Assembly: GCF_028368995.1 (NCBI RefSeq)
Contig: NZ_JAQNDL010000003.1
Coordinates: 288,001-352,000 of the forward strand
Origin: Nannocystis bainbridge
Lineage (GTDB): Bacteria; Myxococcota_A; Polyangia; Nannocystales; Nannocystaceae
Reading direction: 5' to 3'
DNA length: 64,000 bases
The notes beneath the pieces are model-generated. The model did no database searches, had not been told where the DNA came from, and worked only from the letters and a program-made list of their open reading frames with translations. The position numbers and the translations under genes are program-made. Positions 20,980 through 35,563 of the stretch are shown piece by piece (positions within the stretch are counted from its first letter, which is position 1; the number at the start of each line of letters is the position of its first letter).

Positions 20980-22194
20980 ATGCCCACCGTCCAGCAACTC
21001 GTGGCCGAGATCGCAGCGTTGCGCGCCGCCAACGCGTCGCTGCAGCAGGCCCACGCCGAGCAGCGCCGGCAGCTGTCGCGCACCGCCTCGCTGCTGCGCG
21101 CGCTCGCCGAGTACGCGCCGATGGTGCTGTACGCCAAGGACCTCGAGGGCCGCTTCACCCTCAGCAATCGCCTGCACGCGACGCTGCTCGGGCGCACCCC
21201 GGAGCAGGTAGTCGGCAAGCTCGAGGCGGACCTGCTCGACGGATCGGTGGCCGCGGAGATCCAGCAGGTGATGGACGAGGTGATCCGCACCGGCACGCCG
21301 AGCGTCAGCGAGTTCGAGATCCCGATCGACGACCGCGAGCGGGTGTTCCTCGAGCACATCTTCCCGCTCGGCCGCGACGACGACCCCGACGGCCACTCCG
21401 GCGGCATCGGCGGCGTCGCCATCGACGTCACCGAACGCAAGCGCGCCGAGGAGGCCGTGCGCGTGTTCGAGGCGCTGGTCCACCACTCGCCCGACGGCGT
21501 GCTGGTGCGCCCCAACACCCCGACCGCGCCGATGTTCTGCAACCCCGCGCTGCGGCGGATCCTCGCCCTCCCGCCCGACGCCACCGCCGAGGACGCGGCG
21601 TCGATGCTCCTCGACATCGTGCCCGGCACCACCGAGTTCATGCGCCTCGACGGCGCGCGCGTCGACCTCGAGCTGACCATGTTCGCGATCCCCGGCGCCG
21701 CCGGCGGACGCGGCGCCCAGGCCACCCAGGTCCGCGACGTCACCCGCCTGCGCACCGCGATCCGCGAGCGCGAGCAGCAGGACAAGGTCATCCGCCAGCA
21801 GCAGGCCGAGCTCATCGCCGAGATGTCGGCGCAGGTGCTGCCGCTGGCCCCTGGCGTGCTGATGCTGCCGCTGATCGGCACGCTCGACGAGGCGCGCTCG
21901 CTGCACGTGCGCGAGTCGGCGCTCGACGCGATCGTCCGCCACCAGACCCGCGTGATCATCCTCGACCTCACCGGCCTGCGCGCCGTCGATGCGACCCCGG
22001 CCGGTCACATCATTCAGCTGGTCGAGGCCGTCACGCTGATCGGCGCCCGCACGGTCCTCACCGGCATCCAGCCGGCCACCGCAGCCGCCCTGGTCGACCA
22101 CGGCATGCAGCTGGACGGCTCGCTCATGGTCCTGGGCACCCTGCAAGACGCCATTCAGGTCACCCTGGCGATGGCCCGCAAGCGCCGCCGCTGA
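20980..22194 (+). CDS. PAS-domain STAS protein (RsbR-like)
   Basis: PAS (YAKDLEGRF..DVTERKRAEE) and C-terminal STAS (LPLIGTLD..IILDLTG..VLTGIQP). Confidence 0.85.
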   Translation: MPTVQQLVAEIAALRAANASLQQAHAEQRRQLSRTASLLRALAEYAPMVLYAKDLEGRFTLSNRLHATLLGRTPEQVVGKLEADLLDGSVAAEIQQVMDEVIRTGTPSVSEFEIPIDDRERVFLEHIFPLGRDDDPDGHSGGIGGVAIDVTERKRAEEAVRVFEALVHHSPDGVLVRPNTPTAPMFCNPALRRILALPPDATAEDAASMLLDIVPGTTEFMRLDGARVDLELTMFAIPGAAGGRGAQATQVRDVTRLRTAIREREQQDKVIRQQQAELIAEMSAQVLPLAPGVLMLPLIGTLDEARSLHVRESALDAIVRHQTRVIILDLTGLRAVDATPAGHIIQLVEAVTLIGARTVLTGIQPATAAALVDHGMQLDGSLMVLGTLQDAIQVTLAMARKRRR

Positions 22195-22205
22195 GGCGAC
22201 GCGCC

Positions 22206-22237
22206 GGACCTGTCCCGCGGGACATCTTTTATTTTTT
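22206..22237 (+). terminator. Hairpin (the 14-bp dyad) followed by a T-tract; possible intrinsic terminator
   Basis: TGTCCCgcGGGACA followed by tcttttatttttt, between convergent genes. Confidence 0.5.
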
Positions 22238-22250
22238 CACACGGCCCGCC

Positions 22251-22667
22251 TCAGCGGGCGCACCACAGCTCGTACTCGACCAGCATGTGGTCGATCGACA
22301 GCGCCTCGACCACCCGCAGCGTGCCCGCGGTCGGCTTCGTCACCTCGCCGGCCAGGAACTCGGCGATCACCGCGAAGATGGCGTCGAACGAGGCCCGCGG
22401 GACCGCGCGCGTGAAGGTGTACTCGATGCGCACGATGTCGCCGACCCCGTAGCCGGCGCCGGCGAGGAACCCCGGCACCTGCTGAAAGATGAACCGCGTC
22501 TGCGCCACGGCGTCGCCGGGGAACTGGATCACGCCGTCGGCGTCGTGCGCCCCGATGCCCGACGCGAGGTACAGGTCGGAGACGTTCTTGAGGTTCATGC
22601 CCCAGCTGAACAGCCGGCTGAAATCGGGGCCCTTGGCGTACGGGTACGCGGTCTTTTGCAGCGCCAT
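22251..22667 (-). CDS. RidA/YjgF family protein
   Basis: LYLASG..GDAVAQTRFIF..LAGAGYGVGDIV..PTAGTLRVVEAL..LVEYE. Confidence 0.75.
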   Translation of the reverse strand: MALQKTAYPYAKGPDFSRLFSWGMNLKNVSDLYLASGIGAHDADGVIQFPGDAVAQTRFIFQQVPGFLAGAGYGVGDIVRIEYTFTRAVPRASFDAIFAVIAEFLAGEVTKPTAGTLRVVEALSIDHMLVEYELWCAR

Positions 22668-22767
22668 GAGAGTCGCGCCCGTCTTAGCAAGAACCCCGCG
22701 CCGAACCCAGTCCCCATCGGCGCCCACGACCACAAATCATCGTACCGACATCACCGCACGTCGGCGC

Positions 22768-22807
22768 CAATGACAGCTGTCCGCAGAGCTCAATGACAGC
22801 TGTCCGC
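22768..22807. repeat. Direct repeat of caatgacagctgtccgc (17 bp x2, 23-bp period) with internal palindrome GACAGCTGTC
   Basis: Copies at 22768 and 22791 in the divergent intergenic region. Confidence 0.7.
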
Positions 22808-23169
22808 CAGCTCCCCCCGCGCGGCCGGCCGCATACTGCACAGCACGTCCTTGCATGAATCAAACGTCTCACGTATCGACGGCGGAAAATCTCATGCGCG
22901 TCCCTGTGATGATTCAGAGCCTAATGCCTATAGTGGAAGTCTCTCCGCCGACCCGTCCGATCGCGCCGCGCGCCCGCGCCCGCCGGTGCTGGCGACGCGC
23001 ACGGACCGCCGCAGCCGAGTTCGTGCAGCGCTCCACGGATTGCTCGCCACCCGGCCACCGCGGCCACGATCGGGGTCGGGCGTCCGCGCGTGACCTCCGG
23101 GACGCTGTCGCCGCCGCGCGGGGGACCCCGCTTGCAAGCGCTTGGCTCCTGGTAGTACCGTGATTCTTC

Positions 23170-24282
23170 ATGCGCGCCCTCGCCCTGACCCTCATCACGC
23201 TCGGCGTCCCTTGTCTCTCCGCGTGCAGCGACGACGGCGGCGGCGGAGGCACCAATGCCAGCGCGGGGCCGACCCTGGGCGGGCTCAGCAACCTGACCCT
23301 GCCAGGCGACACCTCGACCACCGGCGGCACCGACGGCACGGGCACGAATCCGACCACCACCACCGGCGTCACCGACGCCAACCCGAGCGAGCCCGCGACT
23401 ACCGACGACAGCGGTTCCGCGCCCAAGTTCGACATCGGCGAGGCGCCCGACGGCGGCCTGCCCCCGGTCGACACCGGCTGCAAGAAGGTCGACCTGCTGT
23501 TCGTCATCGACAACAGCGGCAGCATGGCCGACGAGCAGATCAACCTCGTCAACAGCTTCCCCGACTTCGTGTCGGAGATGCAGACCCAATTGATGAACAC
23601 CGACAGCTACCACGTCGGCGTCGTCAGCAGCGACAGCAACGTCTATAACGGCGCCGGCTGCCAGATGTACGGCGGTCTCATCAATCGCACCGGCGGCGCC
23701 AGCTCGAGCAACGCCACCTGCACCCCCTACGCCGGCGGCAAGAACTGGATGAGCGAGACCGACGACCTCGGGTCCAAGTTCGCCTGCGCCGGCCAGGTCG
23801 GCACCGGCGGCGACGGCAACGAGCAGCCGATGTACGCCATGCTGCAGGCGGTCCAGCCGCAGTTCAACGGCCCCGGCGCGTGCAACGACGGCTTCATCCG
23901 CGAGGACGCGCTGCTGGTCGTCGTGCTCATCACCGACGAGGAGGACGACCACGAGGTCCAGGCCTGCCAGCAATTGCCGCAGTCGGGCTCGCCCGGCGAA
24001 CCGGGCGATTGGTACACCGGCCTGGTCGCCGCCAAGGGCAATGTCGAGACCAACATCGTCGTCCTGTCGCTGATCGGCCCCGTCAATCCGACCTGCCCCG
24101 CGCTCGACAAGTGCAACGGCGGCATCACCGGCGCCGAGCTGTCGTCGCGCATCGTGCAATTCACCGAGATGTTCACCAACGGCTTCGTCGGCCAGATCTG
24201 CGCCCCGTCGTACAAGCAGTTCTTCTCGCAGGCGATCGGCCTCATCGACGAGGCCTGCGAGAACTTCATGCCCCCGGGCTGA
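23170..24282 (+). CDS. Lipoprotein with vWA-like domain
   Basis: Lipobox LSAC, Thr-rich linker, KFD motif, VDLLFVIDNSGSM (MIDAS DxSxS) and VVLITDEED. Confidence 0.82.
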   Translation: MRALALTLITLGVPCLSACSDDGGGGGTNASAGPTLGGLSNLTLPGDTSTTGGTDGTGTNPTTTTGVTDANPSEPATTDDSGSAPKFDIGEAPDGGLPPVDTGCKKVDLLFVIDNSGSMADEQINLVNSFPDFVSEMQTQLMNTDSYHVGVVSSDSNVYNGAGCQMYGGLINRTGGASSSNATCTPYAGGKNWMSETDDLGSKFACAGQVGTGGDGNEQPMYAMLQAVQPQFNGPGACNDGFIREDALLVVVLITDEEDDHEVQACQQLPQSGSPGEPGDWYTGLVAAKGNVETNIVVLSLIGPVNPTCPALDKCNGGITGAELSSRIVQFTEMFTNGFVGQICAPSYKQFFSQAIGLIDEACENFMPPG

Positions 24283-24318
24283 CGCGCGCCGCCGGGCCGC
24301 GCGTCGGCCCGACCGCGC

Positions 24319-27300
24319 TCAACCCATCGCCGTGTCGGCGAGGCCGTAGCCCATCTCCGTCAGGTCGCAGGCCAGGATCGCCACCGCGCAGCTGGTCGTC
24401 AGCGCGTTGGCGGCCTGGATCCGGCTGTTGTCGACCCCGTCGAGCAGGCGGTAGAGCCCGCGCAGGCTCCAATTCGCCATGCGGAAGCCGATCTGCGCCC
24501 AGAACTCGTCGCCCGCCAGCTCGCCCTGGGCGAACACGACGATCGCCGTCGCCAGCTCGCCGCTGCCGATCACGACCTCGACCACCGCGTCGATGGCCGC
24601 GATCACCGCCACGCCTTCGGGCCAGCTGATCGCCCACGCGGTCGAGCCGACCATCCACAGCCCGCCGCACAGCGCCAGCACCCCGTGCGTGACGCCGAAC
24701 CACCGCGTCTCCGCGTCCTCGAACGCCGCCGCCGCGCCGATGTCGAACGCCGCCGCGACCACCGACGTCGCCCCCCCGATCGCGCTGAACGTCCACACGC
24801 TGACGAAATCACCGGACCACTCGCTCGCGCTGCGGGCGATGAACAGCGCCGAATTGACGAGGCTGATGCCGAACTGCGTCCAGCGGATCGCCTCCTCTGC
24901 CTGCGACCTCGTCGATTTCTGCTGCGACCCGGTCGACTTGTGGCCGCCGCCCGTCAGCACCGCCGGCACCGCCCCCACCAGCGCGATCAGCCGCAGCATG
25001 TCGAGCTTGCGCCCGCGCAGGATCGCCACCTCGATCACCTCGGTCAGGTACGGGACCGTCAGGCGCGACGTCAACGTGCTGCGGGCCATCCCGCCGAGGT
25101 CGGCGGTGCGATCGGCGATCCACCCCGCCGTCTCCGTCGTCACCGAGCGGCCCGCCGCCCACATCTTGGGCGGCAGGTCGAGCAGCGCGTCCATCGGCGT
25201 GGCGAGCACGTCGCGCCCCTCGAGCAGCGCCTTCGGCAGCGCCGCCGTGGTCGCCTCGCGCTCCGCCGCGGTCGTCGTCTCGTCGAGCTGCGTCGGCCCC
25301 TGCTTGCCCTTCGGGTCGTCCGCGAGCTTCGGCCCCGAGCCGGTGAACGCCTCCTCGATCACGTCGACCAGCCATTTGAGCTCATCGAAATCGGGCATCT
25401 CGAACCCGCCGACGCCGAACGCCCGACCGAGCGAATTGCCGGACAGCCCCGACCGCACCGGCCGCGCCACCAGCTCGTCGAGCAGCGCCGGGATGTCGCG
25501 GATCTGCTCCGCGTAGCCGCCTACTTTGGCAAACTGCTGCTTCGCCAGCTCGTACAGCTCGTCGGACTTGGCGAGGAACTTGTCCCAATTGAAGAGCATC
25601 GCCAGGAACTCGATGAAGTCGCGCAGCGCCGCGCCGATGCGCTGCAAGAACGCCTCGATCGCGCCAGCGACCTCGAGCGCACCCGCCACGATCGTGCGGA
25701 ACATCTGCTTCGAGCCGTCGACGACTCGCTCGCCGACCACCATCACCGCGCCCCACGTCGTCTTCGTGCCGTCGATCGCCAGGTCGCGCGCATCGAGGAT
25801 GCAGCTGCGGATCGCCTGCTCGCCGGCCCGCACCGCCGCCCCTGCGGCCTTGTTCGCCAGCTTGGCCGCGTCCTCGGCCGCCGAGATCGTCAGCTTCGCC
25901 ACGTCGCCGCCGAGGTCGACGACCGCGGAGCCGACCGCCGCGCCCGCCTCCTCGACCACGCCCCAGACCTCGTTCCACGACACCTTCTGCCCTGTCTGGA
26001 TCGACGCCGGCGCCCCGGTCGGCAGCGCGCCCGCGGCATCGCGCATGAACTGGGTCACCGCCTCGCTGGCGTCCTTCCCCATGCTGCTCTTCAGCACCGG
26101 TGACTTGCCGGGCGGCGGCTGCTTCAGCGCCGCCACGCTGAGGCGCGCCAGCTGCTGCTGCGCCGCATCGGCCGGTCGCACGATCGTCCAGCAATCGGCG
26201 TCCATCCCGGCTGCGCGGATCCGCAGCGTCGGGCAATCGAGCGACTTGGCCGCCAGCACCCGCACGCGCGCCCGCCCGCCGTCGCTGACGCGGACCCTCA
26301 TGGTCACGTCCGGCTTCCACGCCTCGATCCGCAGCTTGCCGCCGTCGCTGCGGACCACCGTCACCGGCGCGTCGACGCGGACCTCGACCTCGCCCGCGAG
26401 CTTGCTCCCGCCGGCGCCGCGCGGCTCGATCGCCACCTCGTACACCGCGCAGCGGACCAGCGAGCCCTTGACCGTCCCGTACTCCCCCGCCGTCGGCACC
26501 TTGAGATCGATCTCCCCGATGCCGAAGCCGACGTCGATCGTCTTGTTGGGGAACAGCGACACCGGCAATTCATCGAGCAGCAGCTTGCCGGCCGCGCGCA
26601 CGTGGACCCGCCGCGCGTCGTGCAGCGCCCGCAGCGGCAGGCCCTCGCCGTCGCCCTGCGTCAACCTGCCCCTCGGCCGCGCGTGCAGGCGTCGCGGCGC
26701 CGCGTCGATCGCCAGGCCCTCGGCCAGCGTGTCGAAGTGATAGCAGAGCACCAGCTGCGGCTCGTCGCCGCGAGCCCGGCGCAGCCGCAGCGCGCGTACT
26801 TCCTCGAGCGAGCGCCCGCCCTGCCACACCCGCAGCTCGGCGAGCTCGCCCAGGAAATCCTTGCCGATCGCGCCGCCCCTGCGCCCCCCTTCGCGCGCAG
26901 CCGCCAGCGGCGCCGCCTGCTGCTCGTGGACGACCCGGCCGTCGACGAACACTCTGCACATTCCGCCGCCGTCGACCGACACGCACAGGTGCTGCCATTC
27001 GTCCCCGCGCACCGCCCCGGGCACCTCGATCCGCGACGACCCGACCTTCGCCACGAAATCGACGCGCACCAGCCCCTTTTCCGGCTCCAGCGAGACCTGG
27101 AAATGCTCCGGCCCGCCGAGCGCCAGCAGCGACATGCCCGGCCGATCCTTCCGCGGCCGGACCCACGCCTCGACCGCGATCCCCCCGGTGAAATCCGCCG
27201 TCACCGCCGGCAGCTCGGCATGATCACCCTTCTCGTCCCACACCAGCGCGCCCGGGCTCGCGCTGCGCAGCGCGTCGAGCTCGGCGCTCTCGCTCGTCTG

Positions 27301-27840
27301 ACCCGCGCCCACCAATTGCCCGTGCCGCTGCAGCGGCCCCGCGTCGCGCACCGCGGCCCCTTCGAGCAGCCCGGCGTAATGCGCCAGCGGCCCCTGCGGC
27401 GCGGCCCCCGGCGCTCGCTCCTCCGCCGTGCGCACCCGCGCCAGCAAGCGCACGTCGGCCAGCGTGAACCCGGGCGAGCCCGGATCGGCGAGCCGGATCG
27501 ACGGCGTCGCCGTGAGCTTCGGCAACGTCCCGACCGCCGCCCGGGGCCCGTCGACGAAGATCGCCGCCGTCCCGTCGGCCGCGAACTCGACCGCGACGTG
27601 GGTCCACCGGCCCGCCGTCATCGCCCCCGGCGCCACCAGCTTGAGCACGCCCACGCGCAGCTCGAGCGCCCCGTTCGCCGTCATCACCAGGAGCGGCCCG
27701 CCCTCGCCCCAATACCACACCTGCCCGCCCTTGCCCGTCGGCCGGACCCACATCTGAATGCTGAACCCCGCGCCCGCCTCTGCCGCCGAGACCCCGGGAA
27801 TGTCGATATACCCCTTCGCCGCCACATCCATCACCTTCAT
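24319..27840 (-). CDS. Large protein with two LamG-like (concanavalin A/glucanase) domains and a hydrophobic C-terminus
   Basis: FSIQMWVRP..WTHVAV..IFVDG and IAVEAWVRP..WQHLCV..VFVDG..GELAELRVW. GGAGGAG RBS before ATG 27840. Several hydrophobic helices at the C-terminus. Confidence 0.75.
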   Translation of the reverse strand: MKVMDVAAKGYIDIPGVSAAEAGAGFSIQMWVRPTGKGGQVWYWGEGGPLLVMTANGALELRVGVLKLVAPGAMTAGRWTHVAVEFAADGTAAIFVDGPRAAVGTLPKLTATPSIRLADPGSPGFTLADVRLLARVRTAEERAPGAAPQGPLAHYAGLLEGAAVRDAGPLQRHGQLVGAGQTSESAELDALRSASPGALVWDEKGDHAELPAVTADFTGGIAVEAWVRPRKDRPGMSLLALGGPEHFQVSLEPEKGLVRVDFVAKVGSSRIEVPGAVRGDEWQHLCVSVDGGGMCRVFVDGRVVHEQQAAPLAAAREGGRRGGAIGKDFLGELAELRVWQGGRSLEEVRALRLRRARGDEPQLVLCYHFDTLAEGLAIDAAPRRLHARPRGRLTQGDGEGLPLRALHDARRVHVRAAGKLLLDELPVSLFPNKTIDVGFGIGEIDLKVPTAGEYGTVKGSLVRCAVYEVAIEPRGAGGSKLAGEVEVRVDAPVTVVRSDGGKLRIEAWKPDVTMRVRVSDGGRARVRVLAAKSLDCPTLRIRAAGMDADCWTIVRPADAAQQQLARLSVAALKQPPPGKSPVLKSSMGKDASEAVTQFMRDAAGALPTGAPASIQTGQKVSWNEVWGVVEEAGAAVGSAVVDLGGDVAKLTISAAEDAAKLANKAAGAAVRAGEQAIRSCILDARDLAIDGTKTTWGAVMVVGERVVDGSKQMFRTIVAGALEVAGAIEAFLQRIGAALRDFIEFLAMLFNWDKFLAKSDELYELAKQQFAKVGGYAEQIRDIPALLDELVARPVRSGLSGNSLGRAFGVGGFEMPDFDELKWLVDVIEEAFTGSGPKLADDPKGKQGPTQLDETTTAAEREATTAALPKALLEGRDVLATPMDALLDLPPKMWAAGRSVTTETAGWIADRTADLGGMARSTLTSRLTVPYLTEVIEVAILRGRKLDMLRLIALVGAVPAVLTGGGHKSTGSQQKSTRSQAEEAIRWTQFGISLVNSALFIARSASEWSGDFVSVWTFSAIGGATSVVAAAFDIGAAAAFEDAETRWFGVTHGVLALCGGLWMVGSTAWAISWPEGVAVIAAIDAVVEVVIGSGELATAIVVFAQGELAGDEFWAQIGFRMANWSLRGLYRLLDGVDNSRIQAANALTTSCAVAILACDLTEMGYGLADTAMG

Positions 27841-28253
27841 CGTCGACTCCTCCGTTCCAACCGTCGCCAGGTCTAGCCGGTTCGCCGCCGCCGCGTCGGC
27901 CCATTCCTCGGCGCTCCATCCTTCCTCCACAATGCGCACAGCCGGCCCACGATCGCGCTCCATGCTCCCTCCACAATGCGCAATCACGGCTCCGACGCGC
28001 GGTCACGGACGCGGTGATTCCAGCGGAGCCGGGGGGAACGCCCCTGAGGCCGACCGTCACCACGCTCTCGGGACATGTTCGAATCGACATGTCCCTTGCG
28101 CCAGCCACAAACTCACCGCGACGGCCGCCCTCGGCTCGGCGAAGCTCTTCTCCCGGCCGGGTCGGCGTGTCGACCCCGCTGCCCGGACCCCGCCGCCCCG
28201 CTCCGCGATCGGCGACCGCGCGTGGTCCGCCGCGAGCTCGTGACTTCGCGCCC

Positions 28254-28278
28254 GTCACCTTTTCCGCGCCGGCCCGTA
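28254..28278 (+). promoter_or_regulatory. ECF sigma promoter candidate (autoregulatory)
   Basis: GTCACC-N15-CGTA just upstream of the ECF ATG, with a near-identical copy at 36131-36155 (-). Confidence 0.7.
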
Positions 28279-28290
28279 CCCTGCCGACAG

Positions 28291-28881
28291 ATGCAGCTCC
28301 CCTGGCCGCTGCGCGACGAGCTCCACGCGCGTCGCCTCGCCCGCGCCCGCGACGGCGACGGCGAGGCCTTCCGCGCGCTCTACCGCGACCTCTACCCCGA
28401 CGTCGTCCGCTTCGTCGCCCGCCGCGTGCCGGTCCGCGCCGACGCCGAGGACCTGGCCGCGCGGGTGTTCGTCGCCTTCGTCGAGCGGCTCGGCGACTTC
28501 GACCGCGCGCGCGGCAGCGTGCGCGGCTGGGTGCTCACCTTCGCCCGCAACGCCGTCATCGATCACCTGCGCAGGCGCCGGCCCGCCGCCGCCCCCGAGC
28601 TGCTCGACCTGCTGCCGAGCGACGCCCTCGGCCCCGAGAGCGGCCTCCTCCAGCGCGAGCAGCTCGGCCAGCTCGCCGCTCTCGTCGCGGAGCTGCCCGC
28701 CGACGCCCGCGAGCTGCTGGCCCTGCGCTTCGCCGACGGCCTCCGTCACCGTGAGATCGCCGAGGTCCTCGGGCTGCAGGAGGCCGCCGTCAAACAGCGC
28801 GTCTCGCGGGTCCTCCGCGACCTCCGCGCCCGCCTCCGCCCCGCCGCGGGCAAGAAAGGAGCCGAAGGTGCCCTGGCTTGA
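28291..28881 (+). CDS. ECF RNA polymerase sigma factor
   Basis: GDGEAFRALY, DAEDL..VF, WVLTFARNAVIDHLRR, region 4 LRHREIAEVLG..VKQRVSR. Confidence 0.93.
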   Translation: MQLPWPLRDELHARRLARARDGDGEAFRALYRDLYPDVVRFVARRVPVRADAEDLAARVFVAFVERLGDFDRARGSVRGWVLTFARNAVIDHLRRRRPAAAPELLDLLPSDALGPESGLLQREQLGQLAALVAELPADARELLALRFADGLRHREIAEVLGLQEAAVKQRVSRVLRDLRARLRPAAGKKGAEGALA

Positions 28882-29614
28882 TCGCCTCCCCGCTGCGCTC
28901 CGCCGCCTCTACCGCGCCGGCGCGCCCGAATCACATGTCCTTAAAGACATGTCCGTTCCACCACTGTCTTTGGAACAGGACCTCATGGCCAGGTTCGCCC
29001 GCCGCGCCCCGGCGCCCGCGCGGCCCGGCCTGGCCGGGTTCGTCCGCGGCCACCGCTGGGCCCTCTCGACCGGCCTGGCTGCGATCGCGGTCGCGGCCGC
29101 CTGCCGCATGCCCTCCGACTACGACCGCGGCTTCGGCGCGACGGTCTGGTGCGAGGCCGCCGTCGCCGACGTGCACGCCGGCGATCGCCTGCGCGCCGTC
29201 GCCGACCGCCTGCAGGAGCGCGCGGGCGCCGAGCAGGTCACGGTGCGCGTCCACGCCGAGCACGACGACCTTGCGACGATCCGCATCGATCTCTGGGGCG
29301 AGGCCGCGACCGGGGTCGACGACGCCCTGCTGACCGAGCTCGCCGACGTGCCCGAGCTGCGGCTCGATGGCTGCCGCGTCGAGCCCCTGGTCGAGACGGT
29401 CCACGGCACCCTCGGCGGCCGCCTCGGCCTCGAATGGTTCGACCTCGAGCTGCTCGACCGGGACGACGCCGAGGCCGCGCGCGCCGAGATCCTGGAGCGC
29501 CTCGAGGCCCGCGGCCTCCGCGGCGACGCCCAGGTCGAGATCTTCGACGACGGCGCCGGCCGCCGCGAGGTCACGATCCGCATCGAGGCCGAGGGCGAAC
29601 TCACCGAGCCCTGA
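28868..29614 (+). CDS. Putative anti-sigma factor (single TM, extracytoplasmic domain)
   Basis: GTG with AAGGAG RBS overlapping the ECF 3' end; short N-terminus, TM helix (WALSTGLAAIAVAAAC), then a soluble domain. Confidence 0.65.
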   Translation: MPWLDRLPAALRRLYRAGAPESHVLKDMSVPPLSLEQDLMARFARRAPAPARPGLAGFVRGHRWALSTGLAAIAVAAACRMPSDYDRGFGATVWCEAAVADVHAGDRLRAVADRLQERAGAEQVTVRVHAEHDDLATIRIDLWGEAATGVDDALLTELADVPELRLDGCRVEPLVETVHGTLGGRLGLEWFDLELLDRDDAEAARAEILERLEARGLRGDAQVEIFDDGAGRREVTIRIEAEGELTEP

Positions 29615-29787
29615 TTCTTTTAGAGGGGACATGTCCGAAAGGACATGGCGGCAAGGCCGCTGCGGGGCTCTGCCCGCGAGGCCCGGGCCACGGTCACACG
29701 CCAGCCCGCGCCGGCCCGCAGCGGCGCGCCGATCGGCATGTGCTAAGGTCGCGCGCGCCCGGGTCTTCCCCCGTTGCCGCGCCGTCC

Positions 29788-34692
<4,905 letters not shown>

Positions 34693-34961
34693 CGGCAGGT
34701 TCCATGTGTTCCAAGGCGAGGACGTGACGGTGATGACCCGTCCGGGCCAGGCGTCGTTCGCCGCGAATTGCCGCCGGATCGAGCCGACCCGCACCGCGTT
34801 CGCGGGGTGAATCGCGCACCGACCCCTGCTGTGCAGAACGGCGCTGCACGGTTCACCCTGGGAGGGATTCATTGTGCCGGCGCCGCCTCGGCGACACGGT
34901 TGACAGCCGCTCCTGCGGAGCGGATCCTCCTGCCCCCAAACCTCCCTCGACACGATCGCAG

Positions 34962-35561
34962 ATGCACGACCACGATTGGCCGACCCTCCTGCGCGCAATC
35001 AGCGAGCGCCTGTTCGAAGTCACCGACGAGGATGCCCGCGAGGCGGCGTGGTTCGCCGCCGCCGAAGGCGACACCGAGCGCGAGGCGCTCGAAGCCCGGA
35101 CGCGGACCGCGTCGCGCTGGCTGGGCTTCCCCGGCGCCACCGAGGAGGAGATCGCAGCGCGCGAGCGTGAGCTCGGGGTCCGGTTCCCCGACGACTACCG
35201 GTCGTTTCTCCGCGCCAGCAATGGCTTCCTGAGCATGGCCGGCTTCCCCTATGGCATGTGTTCGTTGAGCCCCGTGCAGCAGGTCGGCTGGTTCCGCGAC
35301 CTCGACAGCGCCGGACGGCTCAAGGCCTATCGGCGCGACTTCGCCGATGCCGATCCGGATGCGCTCCCCGACGATTGGGCCGTCCCGTTCGAAGAATTCG
35401 AGCGGACGCTGCTCATCGGAGAGAGCGACGGCAACGAATGCATCCTCCTCCTCCCGCCCGGCCCCGACAACGACTGGGAGCTGTGGACCTACGATCCGGA
35501 GGCGGGCTTCGGCGGGGAGTCGTTTCGCGCGCTCATGGAGCACGGACTCCGCCACGAGTAA
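34962..35561 (+). CDS. SMI1/KNR4 (SUKH) family protein
   Basis: PGATEEEIAARERELGVRFPDDYRSFLRASNG. Confidence 0.88.
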   Translation: MHDHDWPTLLRAISERLFEVTDEDAREAAWFAAAEGDTEREALEARTRTASRWLGFPGATEEEIAARERELGVRFPDDYRSFLRASNGFLSMAGFPYGMCSLSPVQQVGWFRDLDSAGRLKAYRRDFADADPDALPDDWAVPFEEFERTLLIGESDGNECILLLPPGPDNDWELWTYDPEAGFGGESFRALMEHGLRHE

Positions 35562-35563
35562 AA

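Noticed and set aside
22841-22855. Possible sigma54 promoter (cagcacgtccttgca)
   Set aside because: It lacks the invariant GG at -24 with correct spacing.
29149-29787. N-terminal extension of the topoisomerase ORF
   Set aside because: It overlaps the anti-sigma gene and is Arg-rich noise; the TOPRIM domain begins at GTG 29788.
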